A stretch of DNA of 64,000 nucleotides from contig OZ242311.1 of NCBI GenBank assembly GCA_965207885.1, positions 5,568,001 through 5,632,000 on the forward strand, given 5' to 3'. Of this stretch, positions 9,903 to 24,267 are shown one piece after another (positions within the stretch are counted from its first letter, which is position 1; each line of letters begins with the position of its first letter). The notes beneath the pieces were generated by a model. It searched no databases, was not told the DNA's origin, and worked only from the letters and a program-made list of their open reading frames with translations. A program made the translations under genes and the position numbers. Source of the DNA: Candidatus Latescibacterota bacterium. Lineage in GTDB: Bacteria; Latescibacterota; UBA2968.

Positions 9903-10652
9903 TCAAGCTGTCAGGGCTGATAGTTCTCTATCGTCAATCTCAAAATTGGTATATACCCGCTGCACATCGTCATTGTCTTCGAGCATTTCCATCAAAGTCA
10001 ACAATTGCTGCGCGGTTTTGCCTTCAACGGGCACAGTACTTTGCGGAACGCGCGTCAACTCAGCGCGCTCAATTTCAATACCCGCATCTTCAATCGCTTT
10101 GCGAACGCTTTCAAAATCGGGCAAAGATGCATAAACTTCGTAGATATTCTCTTCTTCTACAATATCCTCGGCGCCAGCATCTAAAACGATCAGCATCAGT
10201 TCTTCTTCTTCCACGCCCTCTTTGGACACAGAAACCAGGCCCTTTTGCTCAAACACCCACGCCACGGCACCACTTTCGGCCATACTGCCATTGTATTTGC
10301 CAAACAAATGCCGCACTTCAGATACCGTGCGATTTCGATTATCTGTCAGAGTTTCAACAAACATGGCCACACCACCCGGTCCGTACCCCTCGTAAATCGC
10401 ACCTTCATAAGACTCGCCTTCAAGCTCTCCCGTACCCTTTTTAATCGCGCGGTCAATATTGACCATAGGCATATTTTCAGCCTTCGCACTCAGAACAGCC
10501 GCACGCAGACGCGGGTTATTCGCTTCATCGCCGCCACCCTCGCGGGCAGCCACCGTAATCTCTCGGATCAATTTGGTAAACGCCTTGCCTCGAGCCGCGT
10601 CCTGACGGCTCTTGCGATGCTTGATATTTGCCCATTTAGAATGTCCAGCCAT
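9903..10652 (-). CDS. yebC: YebC/PmpR family protein
   Basis: MAGHSKWANIKHRK, YEGYGPGGVA, TDNRNRT, DDVQRVY. Confidence 0.96.
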   Translation of the reverse strand: MAGHSKWANIKHRKSRQDAARGKAFTKLIREITVAAREGGGDEANNPRLRAAVLSAKAENMPMVNIDRAIKKGTGELEGESYEGAIYEGYGPGGVAMFVETLTDNRNRTVSEVRHLFGKYNGSMAESGAVAWVFEQKGLVSVSKEGVEEEELMLIVLDAGAEDIVEEENIYEVYASLPDFESVRKAIEDAGIEIERAELTRVPQSTVPVEGKTAQQLLTLMEMLEDNDDVQRVYTNFEIDDRELSALTA

Positions 10653-10737
10653 CCTGCCATACTCCTTTATTTATAAGTCTCCTATTACCTTGATCCAAAT
10701 GTAGTCAGAACCCCGCCATTGTGCAATAGGAAATACG

Positions 10738-12165
10738 CTACTTACGAACTTGCAACAAATCCATAAATTCCCACACGGGCATAGTATCCAAATCTGACCC
10801 TTCAAACACAGCCAACACATCTCGAACCTGACGCATCTCGAACCGCGTCGTCATATTTTCCACAAACTTTTCCACCAGCAAGGGCGCGGCCTCCTCCCGC
10901 CTGCTCCGATGCCCGATGGGATATTCCACCGTCACGGCCTCTGTCGCCGACCCATCATTGAAAAACACCTGCACAGTATTGGCAATTGACCGCTTGTCAG
11001 GATCGTGGTAATCCCGTGTAAACCGAGCGTTTTCAGTCACCACCATCTTTTCTCTCAACATATCAATACGCGCGTCCCCTGCACGCTCCTCTTCATAGTC
11101 ATCTGCGGTCAAATCGCCAAAAATCAGCCCTATAGCCACCATATACTGCAAGCAGTGATCCCGATCTGCCGGATTGTACAGCGGACCGGTCTTATCGATA
11201 ATTTTTACGGCAGCTTCGTGAGTCTCAATCACCACCCGCTCAACAGCCTCCAAACGCGGTGCCACCTCATTGTGCAACGCAAACGCGGCTTCTACTGCTG
11301 TCTGTGCGTGAAATTCAGCGGGAAAAGACACTTTGAATAACACGTTTTCCATCACATAAGAACCGTACACGCGCTGAAACTGAAACCGGTCGCCATTCCA
11401 CAAGCGGTCGTAAAAACCCCAAACGGGTGCAGATAGAGCCGTTGGATATCCCATCTCGCCGCGCTTTGTCTGCAATGCCAAAAATACGGCACGCGCTGTC
11501 GCATCTCCCGCCGCCCAACTCTTGCGCGATCCCGTATTGGGCGCGTGCCGATAGGTTCGCAAAGGACCCAAATCGCACCACACCTGTGACAATGCATTGA
11601 CAACCTGCCCCTCATCACACCCCAACAGCCCAGCAGAAACCGCCGCACTCGCCAACTTCACCAAAATCACATGATCCAGCCCCCGGGCATTAAAACTGTT
11701 TTCCAATGCCATCACGCCCTGAATCTCATGCGCTTTGATCATCGCCACAAACACATCCCGCATCACCAGTCCTTCTCTCCCCTGTGCCCGCTGCGTGCGC
11801 GACATCCAGTCCGCCACCCCGAGAATTGCACCCAGATTATCCGAAGGATGTCCCCACTCCGCCGCCAACCACGTATCGTTAAAATCCAGCCACCGCACCA
11901 GTGTCCCAATATTAAACGCGGCAGTCACCGGATCGAGTTCGTAATCAGTACCCGGCACCCGCGCACCGTGCGGTACAATGGTTCCAGGCACCACGGGACC
12001 GAGCATCTTCGTACACTCAGAAAACCGCAATGCCAACACCGCACACCCCAAACTATCCATCAGACACAAACGAGCCGTCTGAAAAGCCTCCTCGGAATTC
12101 ACTTTACAATCCAGCACGTACTGTGCGATAGCCACCAGTTCTCTATCCGGTACCCGATCATCCAT
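10738..12165 (-). CDS. prpD: 2-methylcitrate dehydratase
   Basis: [55 protein letters not shown]. Confidence 0.95.
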   Translation of the reverse strand: MDDRVPDRELVAIAQYVLDCKVNSEEAFQTARLCLMDSLGCAVLALRFSECTKMLGPVVPGTIVPHGARVPGTDYELDPVTAAFNIGTLVRWLDFNDTWLAAEWGHPSDNLGAILGVADWMSRTQRAQGREGLVMRDVFVAMIKAHEIQGVMALENSFNARGLDHVILVKLASAAVSAGLLGCDEGQVVNALSQVWCDLGPLRTYRHAPNTGSRKSWAAGDATARAVFLALQTKRGEMGYPTALSAPVWGFYDRLWNGDRFQFQRVYGSYVMENVLFKVSFPAEFHAQTAVEAAFALHNEVAPRLEAVERVVIETHEAAVKIIDKTGPLYNPADRDHCLQYMVAIGLIFGDLTADDYEEERAGDARIDMLREKMVVTENARFTRDYHDPDKRSIANTVQVFFNDGSATEAVTVEYPIGHRSRREEAAPLLVEKFVENMTTRFEMRQVRDVLAVFEGSDLDTMPVWEFMDLLQVRK

Positions 12166-12209
12166 GGCAGTCCTCAAGCTATTAGCAATCAGCGATCAGC
12201 TAAAAACCC

Positions 12210-12241
12210 CTGGATCGCGGCTTTAGACATGCCGCGATGAC
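12210..12241. repeat. palindromic repeat CTGGATCGCGG-N-CCGCGATGAC, copy 1 of 4
   Basis: Related copies at 29712, 32863, 63689. Confidence 0.85.
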
Positions 12242-12265
12242 GGGCGAAGCATGCCTCGCCCCTAC
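12242..12265 (-). repeat. GTAG-type REP palindrome
   Basis: Minus strand GTAG-GGGCGAGGCATGCTTCGCCC: GTAG foot plus GC-rich hairpin. Confidence 0.7.
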
Positions 12266-12294
12266 GGTTGTTCACACTTCCTACTTCACACTTC

Positions 12295-13398
12295 TTAGCC
12301 CCTGTCTTCTATTGGCACATAATCTCGCGCCTCTACCCCCGTGTATTCCGCCAGAGGCCGAATCAGTCTATTATCCGCCCGCTGCTCCACCACATGAGCA
12401 GCCCAACCACTGCAACGACTGAGCACAAATATGGGCGTGAAAAGCGCCGTCTTAATACCGGCCATGTGATACGCTGTTGCCGAATAAAAATCCAGATTTG
12501 GAAACAACTTCTTCTCATCCCACATAACCCGCTCAATCGCTTCAGAAATCTCGTACAGACGCATATCGCCCATTGCTGCACTCACCTGACGCGCCCAATC
12601 TTTAATAATCGCATTGCGCGGATCTCGCACGCGATAAACCCCGTGCCCAAACCCCATAATCAATTCTCTGCGCGCCAGCATCTCTCGCACACCTGTTGCC
12701 GCGTCTTCGGGCGTCTCGAACTGCTCGATCAATTCCATTGCCCGCTCATTTGCGCCCCCGTGCAAAGACCCGCTCAAAGTGCCAATAGCCCCGGTAATAC
12801 ATCCATAAAAATCGGCAAGCGTAGAGGCGCATACCCTCGCCGTAAATGTCGAGGCATTAAACTCGTGCTCGGCATATAAAATCAACGACGCATCCATCAT
12901 CCGACATTCCAACTCCGAAGGCGTCTCCGATTTGAGCATATGCAAGATATAAGCCGCGTGATCATCCACATCCACATCCAAAACATCGGCACCTATATGC
13001 CAGACCCCCAGCATAGAGGGCAATGCACCCATAAGCCGCACAGCCACAGCTACGCCATCTCCCAAATCCCGCTCAGGCTCGGCAATGCCAAGTGCCGATA
13101 CACCGGTTCGCAAAACATCCATCGGATGTGCGTCTGAAGGCAGCGAACGCAGAATCCGCACAACCAAATCTGGCAACTGCCGGTGCGCTCGCAACTGCGT
13201 TTTCAACGCATCCAATTCTCTCTCAGTGGGCAACTTCTCCCACAACAACAAATGCACGATTTCCTCAAAACAGGCATATTGTGCCAGGTCTTCAATCGCA
13301 TAGCCCCGATAGTGCAAACCGTGACCTTCTGCGCCTACAGTACAAATCGACGTACTGCCAGCCTTAACCCCTCTCAAACCTGTCGTCTGTTTGCTCAC
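12295..13398 (-). CDS. prpC: 2-methylcitrate synthase
   Basis: LHYRGY, HPMDVLRT, YAEHEFNASTF, LHGGANE, IMGFGH, PNLDFY; between prpB and prpD. Confidence 0.92.
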   Translation of the reverse strand: MSKQTTGLRGVKAGSTSICTVGAEGHGLHYRGYAIEDLAQYACFEEIVHLLLWEKLPTERELDALKTQLRAHRQLPDLVVRILRSLPSDAHPMDVLRTGVSALGIAEPERDLGDGVAVAVRLMGALPSMLGVWHIGADVLDVDVDDHAAYILHMLKSETPSELECRMMDASLILYAEHEFNASTFTARVCASTLADFYGCITGAIGTLSGSLHGGANERAMELIEQFETPEDAATGVREMLARRELIMGFGHGVYRVRDPRNAIIKDWARQVSAAMGDMRLYEISEAIERVMWDEKKLFPNLDFYSATAYHMAGIKTALFTPIFVLSRCSGWAAHVVEQRADNRLIRPLAEYTGVEARDYVPIEDRG

Positions 13399-13412
13399 AG
13401 TATCCTCCTCTC

Positions 13413-13449
13413 AAAAAAAGGCCGTGAGCATTTTTACTCACGACCTTTT
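13413..13449 (-). terminator. terminator-like hairpin between prpB and prpC
   Basis: Minus AAAAGGTCGTGAG-taaaaatg-CTCACGGCC-TTTTTTT directly before the prpC SD. Confidence 0.6.
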
Positions 13450-13472
13450 CCCGTAAAATCTCCTCAGGCGAT

Positions 13473-14342
13473 TCACGCGCCATAAAGTCGATTGACCTGC
13501 GCCTCATACCCGTAATAATCCAGCAATTCGTAGAGTTCTTCACGCGTCTGCATCTCGTTTATCAACGCGCCCTGCACGCCCTGTGTCCGCAGCGTTTTAT
13601 ACGCCCGATAAGCAGCTGCATTCATCATTCTAAACGCCGTGAGAGGATACAACACCATGGCGACATCCGCACCTCTCATCTCGTCCAGATCAAACAGAGG
13701 CGTTTGTCCAAACTCGGTGAGATTCGCCAGCACAGGTACAGAAAGCCTTTGGGCAAAGGTGCGGAAATCCTCCAACGAACACAGTGCTTCTGCAAAAATC
13801 GCATCCGCACCCGCGGCAATGTATTCCCGGGCGCGATTGAGACCGCACGCCAAACCCTCATTGGCCACAGAATCCGTTCGCGCCATAATCACAAACCCGC
13901 TGTCTGACCGCGCATCGACCGCTGCTTTGATTCGGTCGCACATCTCCTCGGCAGGTACCACCTGTTTTCCCGGGCGATGTCCACACCGTTTTTGCAATAC
14001 CTGGTCTTCAATATGAACAGCGGCAACGCCAATTTTTTCCAGCGTCTTTACCGCGCGACCAATCGAAAAAGAAGTGCCGCCGAACCCGGTATCGATGTCA
14101 ACCAGCAGCGGTAAATCCACCACATCTGTAATCCGCCGGGCATCCTCGACCACATTATCCAGCGTTGTAATGCCCAAATCGGGCAAACCATAAGAGGCAG
14201 CAGCCACGCCCGAACCAGAAAGATAAAGCGCGCGAAAGCCCGCTTGTTTTGCCATAAGCGCAGATACGGCATTGATAGTACCCACAATCTGCAAGGGTCG
14301 TTCTGCGCCCAGTGCCTCCCTGAACCTGCGCCCGGCTGACAT
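13473..14342 (-). CDS. prpB: 2-methylisocitrate lyase
   Basis: LYLSG, GLPDLG, VDIDTGFG, HIEDQ..KRCGHRPGK, MARTD; second ATG (14342) fits the AAGGAG SD. Confidence 0.95.
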   Translation of the reverse strand: MSAGRRFREALGAERPLQIVGTINAVSALMAKQAGFRALYLSGSGVAAASYGLPDLGITTLDNVVEDARRITDVVDLPLLVDIDTGFGGTSFSIGRAVKTLEKIGVAAVHIEDQVLQKRCGHRPGKQVVPAEEMCDRIKAAVDARSDSGFVIMARTDSVANEGLACGLNRAREYIAAGADAIFAEALCSLEDFRTFAQRLSVPVLANLTEFGQTPLFDLDEMRGADVAMVLYPLTAFRMMNAAAYRAYKTLRTQGVQGALINEMQTREELYELLDYYGYEAQVNRLYGA

Positions 14343-14356
14343 CGCCATCTCCTTAT

Positions 14357-14600
14357 CAAATAGCCCGTAAAACCCATTGACGGTATTCTCTCATTAAAAT
14401 ATATTATAATTATAATTTAGGTATGAGGTTCTGCACAAAATGATACCGCCCGTGTAGGTAAAACCTGGGGGTCATCCCCTTTTTGGGATGCTTTCACCCA
14501 GTGAACATGATACATTGCTTTGCCCATTGGTCCAGGACGATGTACCAAGGCGGGGTTAATCGCCGAGAAGCCCAACTCGTTCACGGTTGGGAGTCGTCAC
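14357..14600 (+). mobile_element. 244-bp non-autonomous IS200/IS605-family mini-element (left-end remnant, promoter, reRNA-like scaffold, right end)
   Basis: CTTAT|CAAATAGCCCGTAAAACCCA resembles the left end at 28475; right end GAAGCCCAAC-tcgttcacg-GTTGGGAGTCG-TCAC; removal gives fusA GCA TAA overlapping the prpB SD. Confidence 0.75.
14377..14405 (+). promoter_or_regulatory. sigma70-like promoter inside the mini-element
   Basis: TTGACG-N17-TATATT. Confidence 0.6.
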
Positions 14601-16678
14601 GCTTCTACCAATTCGCGATCGTGTTCGGACGCCTCAATAACCTTTTGGGTCACATCGTGGGGAGCAGACTCGTAGTGTGAAAACTCCATGGTATAATCGC
14701 CTGTGCCCTGCGTCATAGAACGAAGGGAGGTCGAATACTTGTAAAGATCGGCCAGTGGAACCTCAGCGTGAATGACCTGGAAATTGCCTTCGGGATCCAT
14801 ACCTTGAATGCGCCCGCGTCGCCCATTGAGATCCGCCATCACATCCCCCATATAGGAATCGGGAACAACGACGTGAACTTTATAAATAGGCTCTAACAAA
14901 ATGGGCCTAGCATCCATAAATGCATTTTGAAATGCGAAGGAACCGGCCAGCTTAAAAGCCATATCAGAAGAATCAACCGGATGGAAGGACCCATCGTAAA
15001 CCGTGACCTGTGTATCGACAACGGGATACCCGGCGAGCACACCGCGTTGCATGCATTCCACGACCCCCTTTTCAACAGCCGGAATAAATTTCCCGGGAAT
15101 CGCACCGCCTACGACCTCGTCAATAAATTCAAAGCCATCACCGCGCTGCCTGGGCGCAATGCGCAAATAAGCTTCGCCATATTGACCGCGTCCACCGCTT
15201 TGTTTTCTGTGCCGATACTGCGCTTCTGCACGCGATTGGATGGTCTCGCGGTACGGTATTCGCGGTACGGTCACCTCTACATCCACGCCAAACTTGCTCT
15301 TCAACTTGTCAAACACAACCGTCAAATGCAACTCGCCCTGTCCCTGGGCAATAATCTGACGCAATTCCGCGTCATACCCGGCGACAAAGCTCGGATCTTC
15401 TTCGTGAATGCTTTGCAATCCCGTGCTAATTTTGTCTTCGTCGCCACGCGATTTGGGTTCTACGGCCACGCGAATCAAAGGATGTGGAAATTCGACCGAC
15501 TGAATTTGCAAACGCGTGTTTCTGCTGCAAAGCGTATTGCCCGTATGCGTATCCTTTAGCTTGATCAACGCGCCAATATCGCCCGCGCCCACAACGTCCA
15601 TATCCTCGCGCTTTCCGCCACTCATCGAATAAATTTGACCGATGCGCTCATTGGCACGGCGATTGGGATTAAAGACATCGTCGCCAGATTGGACACTGCC
15701 GGAATACACGCGCAAAAATGACAGATCACCCACAGACTCGGAAATCGTTTTGAACACCACGGCAGCCAAAGGATCATCATCGCTTACAGTAAGTGCCACT
15801 TCTTCTTCAGACCCTTCTTTATATGCCGTGGGAATTGGCAGGTCGAGCGGACCCGGCGCAAAGGAAGACAAAAAATCGAGCAATAAATCAACACCGATAT
15901 TTTTGCTGGCAGCACTCACAAAAATGGGAAACAAGGTGCGATTGCCCATCCCGTTTTTTAATCCTTGTGCGATCTCTTCATCTGTCAATTCCCCTTCTTC
16001 TAAATAGCGCTCAATCAAATCGTCGTCACTTTCGGCAGCCCCTTCAACCACCTGTTCCCTCAAGTCCTCAGCCTGATCTTGCCATTCCTCGGGAATCTCC
16101 GAAGCCTCAGCTTTGCCATCGGTATAGGTTACCAATTTCATCTGCAAAACATCGATGATCTGATTAAACCCTTCACCGGCATTGACCGGAATCTGAAAGG
16201 GAACAGCCCCATTTCCAAAATGCTCCTGAATTGCTGAAACCGCACCATCGCAATCGGCAAATTCTCTATCGACGTGATTGATTAAAAACACAGTTGCGCG
16301 ATTAAATTCATCGGCAAAACCAAATGCCTTATCCGTCCCAATCTCCACACCACTGGCCGCATTGACCAGCGTAAGGGCAATATCAGATGCCCAAATCGCG
16401 GTTTTTGCATCGCCAATAAAGTCGGCATAACCAGGAGCATCCAGAATATTTATTTTGGTGCCCTTCCAATCGCAGTGCAACATGGATGTACTGATAGAGA
16501 TTTTGCGCTCAACCTCTGCATCGGTATAATCCGACAGCGTATTTCCCTCATCCACAGACCCGAGTCGATTGGTCGCACCGGCAGAAAACATCACGGCTTC
16601 GGCAACGGACGTTTTGCCCGTGCCGCCGTGTCCCGACAGGGCGATGTTCCTGATATCTTCAGGTGTGTATCTATTCAC
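14597..16678 (-). CDS. fusA: elongation factor G paralogue (EF-G2-like)
   Basis: GHGGTGKTS, LDAPGYADF, GELHL, PYRETI, KQSGGRGQYG; GTG start with AAGGAGG SD; not in an rpsL-rpsG-tuf operon. Confidence 0.9.
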   Translation of the reverse strand: MNRYTPEDIRNIALSGHGGTGKTSVAEAVMFSAGATNRLGSVDEGNTLSDYTDAEVERKISISTSMLHCDWKGTKINILDAPGYADFIGDAKTAIWASDIALTLVNAASGVEIGTDKAFGFADEFNRATVFLINHVDREFADCDGAVSAIQEHFGNGAVPFQIPVNAGEGFNQIIDVLQMKLVTYTDGKAEASEIPEEWQDQAEDLREQVVEGAAESDDDLIERYLEEGELTDEEIAQGLKNGMGNRTLFPIFVSAASKNIGVDLLLDFLSSFAPGPLDLPIPTAYKEGSEEEVALTVSDDDPLAAVVFKTISESVGDLSFLRVYSGSVQSGDDVFNPNRRANERIGQIYSMSGGKREDMDVVGAGDIGALIKLKDTHTGNTLCSRNTRLQIQSVEFPHPLIRVAVEPKSRGDEDKISTGLQSIHEEDPSFVAGYDAELRQIIAQGQGELHLTVVFDKLKSKFGVDVEVTVPRIPYRETIQSRAEAQYRHRKQSGGRGQYGEAYLRIAPRQRGDGFEFIDEVVGGAIPGKFIPAVEKGVVECMQRGVLAGYPVVDTQVTVYDGSFHPVDSSDMAFKLAGSFAFQNAFMDARPILLEPIYKVHVVVPDSYMGDVMADLNGRRGRIQGMDPEGNFQVIHAEVPLADLYKYSTSLRSMTQGTGDYTMEFSHYESAPHDVTQKVIEASEHDRELVEA

Positions 16679-16792
16679 TGTAACCTCCTTAATATCATTA
16701 TCAAATACTCGTTTTGAAATTCGGAAAATAAGGCGCGTATAATTGCAAAACAAACGGGTTTTGTCAAGTACTCTTTTGATCTTGTATAACAC

Positions 16793-16828
16793 AAAAAAAA
16801 GCCCGGATATAAAAATCCGGGCTTTTTA
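16793..16828 (-). terminator. rRNA operon terminator (bidirectional)
   Basis: A8-GCCCGGAT-loop-ATCCGGGC-T5. Confidence 0.85.
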
Positions 16829-16833
16829 AAATT

Positions 16834-16950
<117 letters not shown>

Positions 16951-17019
16951 AAAATTTAATTGAATACGAATTGAGCACCAAACAAAGCACAGAAGCGATC
17001 TGCTGAAAAATGTATAAAA

Positions 17020-20050
<3,031 letters not shown>

Positions 20051-20185
20051 AAACAAGTTTTCAGCAGATCACTACTGTGCTCTGCAAAGAATCCATACTT
20101 CAGTTTGGCGAATTTATACCCAATTCATATTCAATTGTCAAAGAGCAGTCGGGAAATTCCCGAAAGTTCTGTAAAAATACAACTT

Positions 20186-20261
20186 TGGTGGAGATAACCG
20201 GGATCGAACCGGTGACCTCCGGCTTGCAAAGCCGGCGCTCTCCCATCTGAGCTATATCCCC
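20186..20261 (-). tRNA. tRNA-Ala(TGC)
   Basis: GGGGATATAGCTCAG..TTGCAA..GGTTCGATCC..CTCCACCA. Confidence 0.96.
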
Positions 20262-20276
20262 AAATATTTTGTAATT

Positions 20277-20353
20277 TGGTGGGCCTAAGTGGAGTTGAAC
20301 CACTGACCTCGCGCTTATCAGGCGCGCGCTCTAACCAACTGAGCTATAGGCCC
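20277..20353 (-). tRNA. tRNA-Ile(GAT)
   Basis: GGGCCTATAGCTCAGTTGG..CTGATAA..GGTTCAACT..GGCCCACCA. Confidence 0.96.
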
Positions 20354-20443
20354 GCCTTAAAAACCAAATAACGTGCACATGCCAAACCTGGTATTGACCT
20401 TAGGAGTAGATGTAAGCGCCTGTAGCCTTACATCGCGTCTCCC

Positions 20444-21993
<1,550 letters not shown>

Positions 21994-22100
21994 AAAAATG
22001 AGAGTGCCCATATATTATGGGCTTTTTTTTGCAAATACTGAATTCCCAAGAAACCTTGAGAACCTACCAAGCTTTTGAATAACACATGCACGTTATTTGA

Positions 22101-22113
22101 TTTTCAAAGAACA
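22101..22113 (-). promoter_or_regulatory. rrn leader boxA antiterminator
   Basis: TGTTCTTTGAAAA on minus strand; second copy TGCTCTTTGACAA near 20135-20147. Confidence 0.7.
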
Positions 22114-22217
22114 AAATAGGCACTCTTGACTTACAAAGTGCCGGTGAAGAGTAAATCTATCAAATCGACTTTCGCAAGTCAAGCAAAATTCTGCACCATT
22201 TTGGGTGCAGAGCGCGA

Positions 22218-22246
22218 AATATATAAAATAGAACCTCAAATGTCAA
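22218..22246 (-). promoter_or_regulatory. rrn promoter
   Basis: TTGACA-N17-TATATT followed by a GC-rich discriminator. Confidence 0.75.
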
Positions 22247-22252
22247 ATCTTT

Positions 22253-22735
22253 TCAGAAAAACTCCCCTCTCACACGACCTTCTTCAACATCTGCTTCGCC
22301 ATCAAACTGCTTCAAATAGCGCACTGCCCGCTCCATATCTTTTTTTACCCATGCATCGGATTCAGACGCCATAGCGCGTTCGAGTGCTAAAATGGCTTCC
22401 GGCTCTTCAATTTGCATCAATGCCCAGGCAACAATCTGGCGCACATCCCGATCTTTGTCTCCAAGCATTCGGATCAGATCGCGCAATGCCTCCTTCGCCC
22501 GCAACATTCCCAACGCCCAGGCGGCTTTTGTGCGCACAGATGTGACAGAGTCGCGCAAAGCAGCGCGCAAATGGGGAACAGCCTCAAAAACTCGCTGTGC
22601 ACCCAAAAAGGCAGCCGCATCAACGCGCTGATCAACCGTCCCCGATCGCAATTGCCGAAGATAATCGCCATGTGGAGAGCTACAGCCACATAAAAAAAGC
22701 AAAAGTACTGGCAGTATTTTTTTTATCGAATACAT
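22253..22735 (-). CDS. HEAT-repeat lipoprotein
   Basis: Lipobox LCGC; repeats L.D...VR..AAWALG. Confidence 0.8.
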   Translation of the reverse strand: MYSIKKILPVLLLFLCGCSSPHGDYLRQLRSGTVDQRVDAAAFLGAQRVFEAVPHLRAALRDSVTSVRTKAAWALGMLRAKEALRDLIRMLGDKDRDVRQIVAWALMQIEEPEAILALERAMASESDAWVKKDMERAVRYLKQFDGEADVEEGRVRGEFF

Positions 22736-24012
22736 GCTTTCAGAGCTTCGTAATTTGCCTTTATAGTCTCGTCAATATCCGCGTCAGAATGAGCCAGAGA
22801 GACAAACGCAGCCTCAAACTGCGACGGAGCCAGATAAACACCTCGATTGAGCATCTCCCGAAAATATCGGGCGAACAAATCCTGATCACACGCATTGGCG
22901 GCATCGAATGACGTCACAGGTACTTCCGTAAAAAACAAGGTCATAATCGACCCCACCCGATTGGTCTGATATTTCAATCCCAGAGCTTTTAAGTTTTCCG
23001 AAATACCAGTCTCCAGAGCCTGCGATTTTGCCTCCAACACCTCATAAACACCCGGTTCTTGCAGGCGTTTGAGCATCTCATATCCCGCTGTCATAGCCAG
23101 GGGATTGCCCGACAATGTGCCAGCCTGCGACACCATTTTTCCCAGAGGTGAAATATCTGACATAATTTCTCGTCTGCCACCAAAAGCACCAACGGGTAGC
23201 CCACCGCCAATAATCTTCCCCAGAGTCGTCAAATCAGGCGTCACCCCATAATGCTCCTGCGCACCACCCTGACTGACGCGAAACCCTGTGATCACCTCGT
23301 CAAAAATCAGCACAATGCCCATTTCTGCCGTTATATCTCGCAAACCCTGCAAAAACCCCGGCGCTGGCGGAATCACCCCCATATTGCCAGCCACAGGCTC
23401 AACAATAACAGCGGCGATCTCATCCCTATTTTCCACAACGGCTTTTTTAACAGCTTCCAGATCATTAAAAGGCACAGTAATCGAATCCGCTGCAGTTCCA
23501 GGTGTAACCCCCGGACTGCTCGGCGCGCCCATCGTAAGTGCTGAAGACCCCGCCTGAATCAGAAAACTATCGGCATGCCCGTGCCAGCATCCCTCAAATT
23601 TGACAATTTTGTTTCGCCCCGTGTGTCCGCGAGCCAGCCGAATAGCCGACATCGTGGCTTCGGTACCCGAATTTACCATCCGCACCATTTCCACGCTCGG
23701 CACCATTTCAGTGACCAATTGGGCCATCTTCACTTCGATTTCTGTCGGCGCGCCAAAACTCGTGCCCCCAGCAGCCGCTGCATTCACAGCCGCGACAATT
23801 TCCGGATGTGCATGGCCCAAAATAAGCGGTCCCCAGGACCCCACAAAATCGATATAAGATTTTCCATCGGCATCGACAATTCGCGCCCCCTTTCCTTTCA
23901 CAATAAAGAGCGGATCACCACCTACGGGGCCAAATGCTCTTGCGGGACTATTCACACCGCCGGGAATCACCTGTTGTGCTGCGTCAAATAGCGTTTTTGA
24001 ACGCGTATTCAA
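22723..24012 (-). CDS. hemL: glutamate-1-semialdehyde 2,1-aminomutase
   Basis: [48 protein letters not shown]. Confidence 0.96.
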   Translation of the reverse strand: MNTRSKTLFDAAQQVIPGGVNSPARAFGPVGGDPLFIVKGKGARIVDADGKSYIDFVGSWGPLILGHAHPEIVAAVNAAAAGGTSFGAPTEIEVKMAQLVTEMVPSVEMVRMVNSGTEATMSAIRLARGHTGRNKIVKFEGCWHGHADSFLIQAGSSALTMGAPSSPGVTPGTAADSITVPFNDLEAVKKAVVENRDEIAAVIVEPVAGNMGVIPPAPGFLQGLRDITAEMGIVLIFDEVITGFRVSQGGAQEHYGVTPDLTTLGKIIGGGLPVGAFGGRREIMSDISPLGKMVSQAGTLSGNPLAMTAGYEMLKRLQEPGVYEVLEAKSQALETGISENLKALGLKYQTNRVGSIMTLFFTEVPVTSFDAANACDQDLFARYFREMLNRGVYLAPSQFEAAFVSLAHSDADIDETIKANYEALKACIR

Positions 24013-24100
24013 ATTACACCTCCGTGAGAAGACAAATAGAATTTCGAGACAACATCTTAATTACACCTCTCACTGTATCCTGTCAAGCTAATTCCTCCGC

Positions 24101-24129
24101 TTGCAAAACACGATCACAATCCGTATATT
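24101..24129 (+). promoter_or_regulatory. promoter for tRNA-Arg (and possibly uvrA)
   Basis: TTGCAA-N17-TATATT. Confidence 0.65.
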
Positions 24130-24138
24130 ATCTGCACA

Positions 24139-24212
24139 GCGGCAGTAGCTCAATTGGACAGAGCATCTGGCTTCGGACCAGAGGGTTGGGGGTTCGAGTC
24201 CTCTCTGCCGCA
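24139..24212 (+). tRNA. tRNA-Arg(TCG)
   Basis: Acceptor GCGGCAG/CTGCCGC, D arm GCTC/GAGC, anticodon arm TCTGG-CTTCGGA-CCAGA, GGTTCGAGTC; CCA not encoded. Confidence 0.92.
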
Positions 24213-24267
24213 CTTTATTTTTCAGGCACTTAAATTTTAAGTGCCTGAATTTTTTATCATCACACCT

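Noticed and set aside
14440-14600. 6S RNA or riboswitch
   Set aside because: No 6S rod with central bubble; the ends and empty-site reconstruction fit an IS200/IS605 mini-element better
16679-16792. Long N-terminal extensions in the ORF track (fusA, ruvC, bioF, uvrA, phyH, Ldh)
   Set aside because: Downstream starts fit the family N-termini and in most cases have SD sequences
24139-24240. tRNA as an integration site
   Set aside because: No duplicated tRNA 3' end seen and no integrase; flanked by hemL and uvrA
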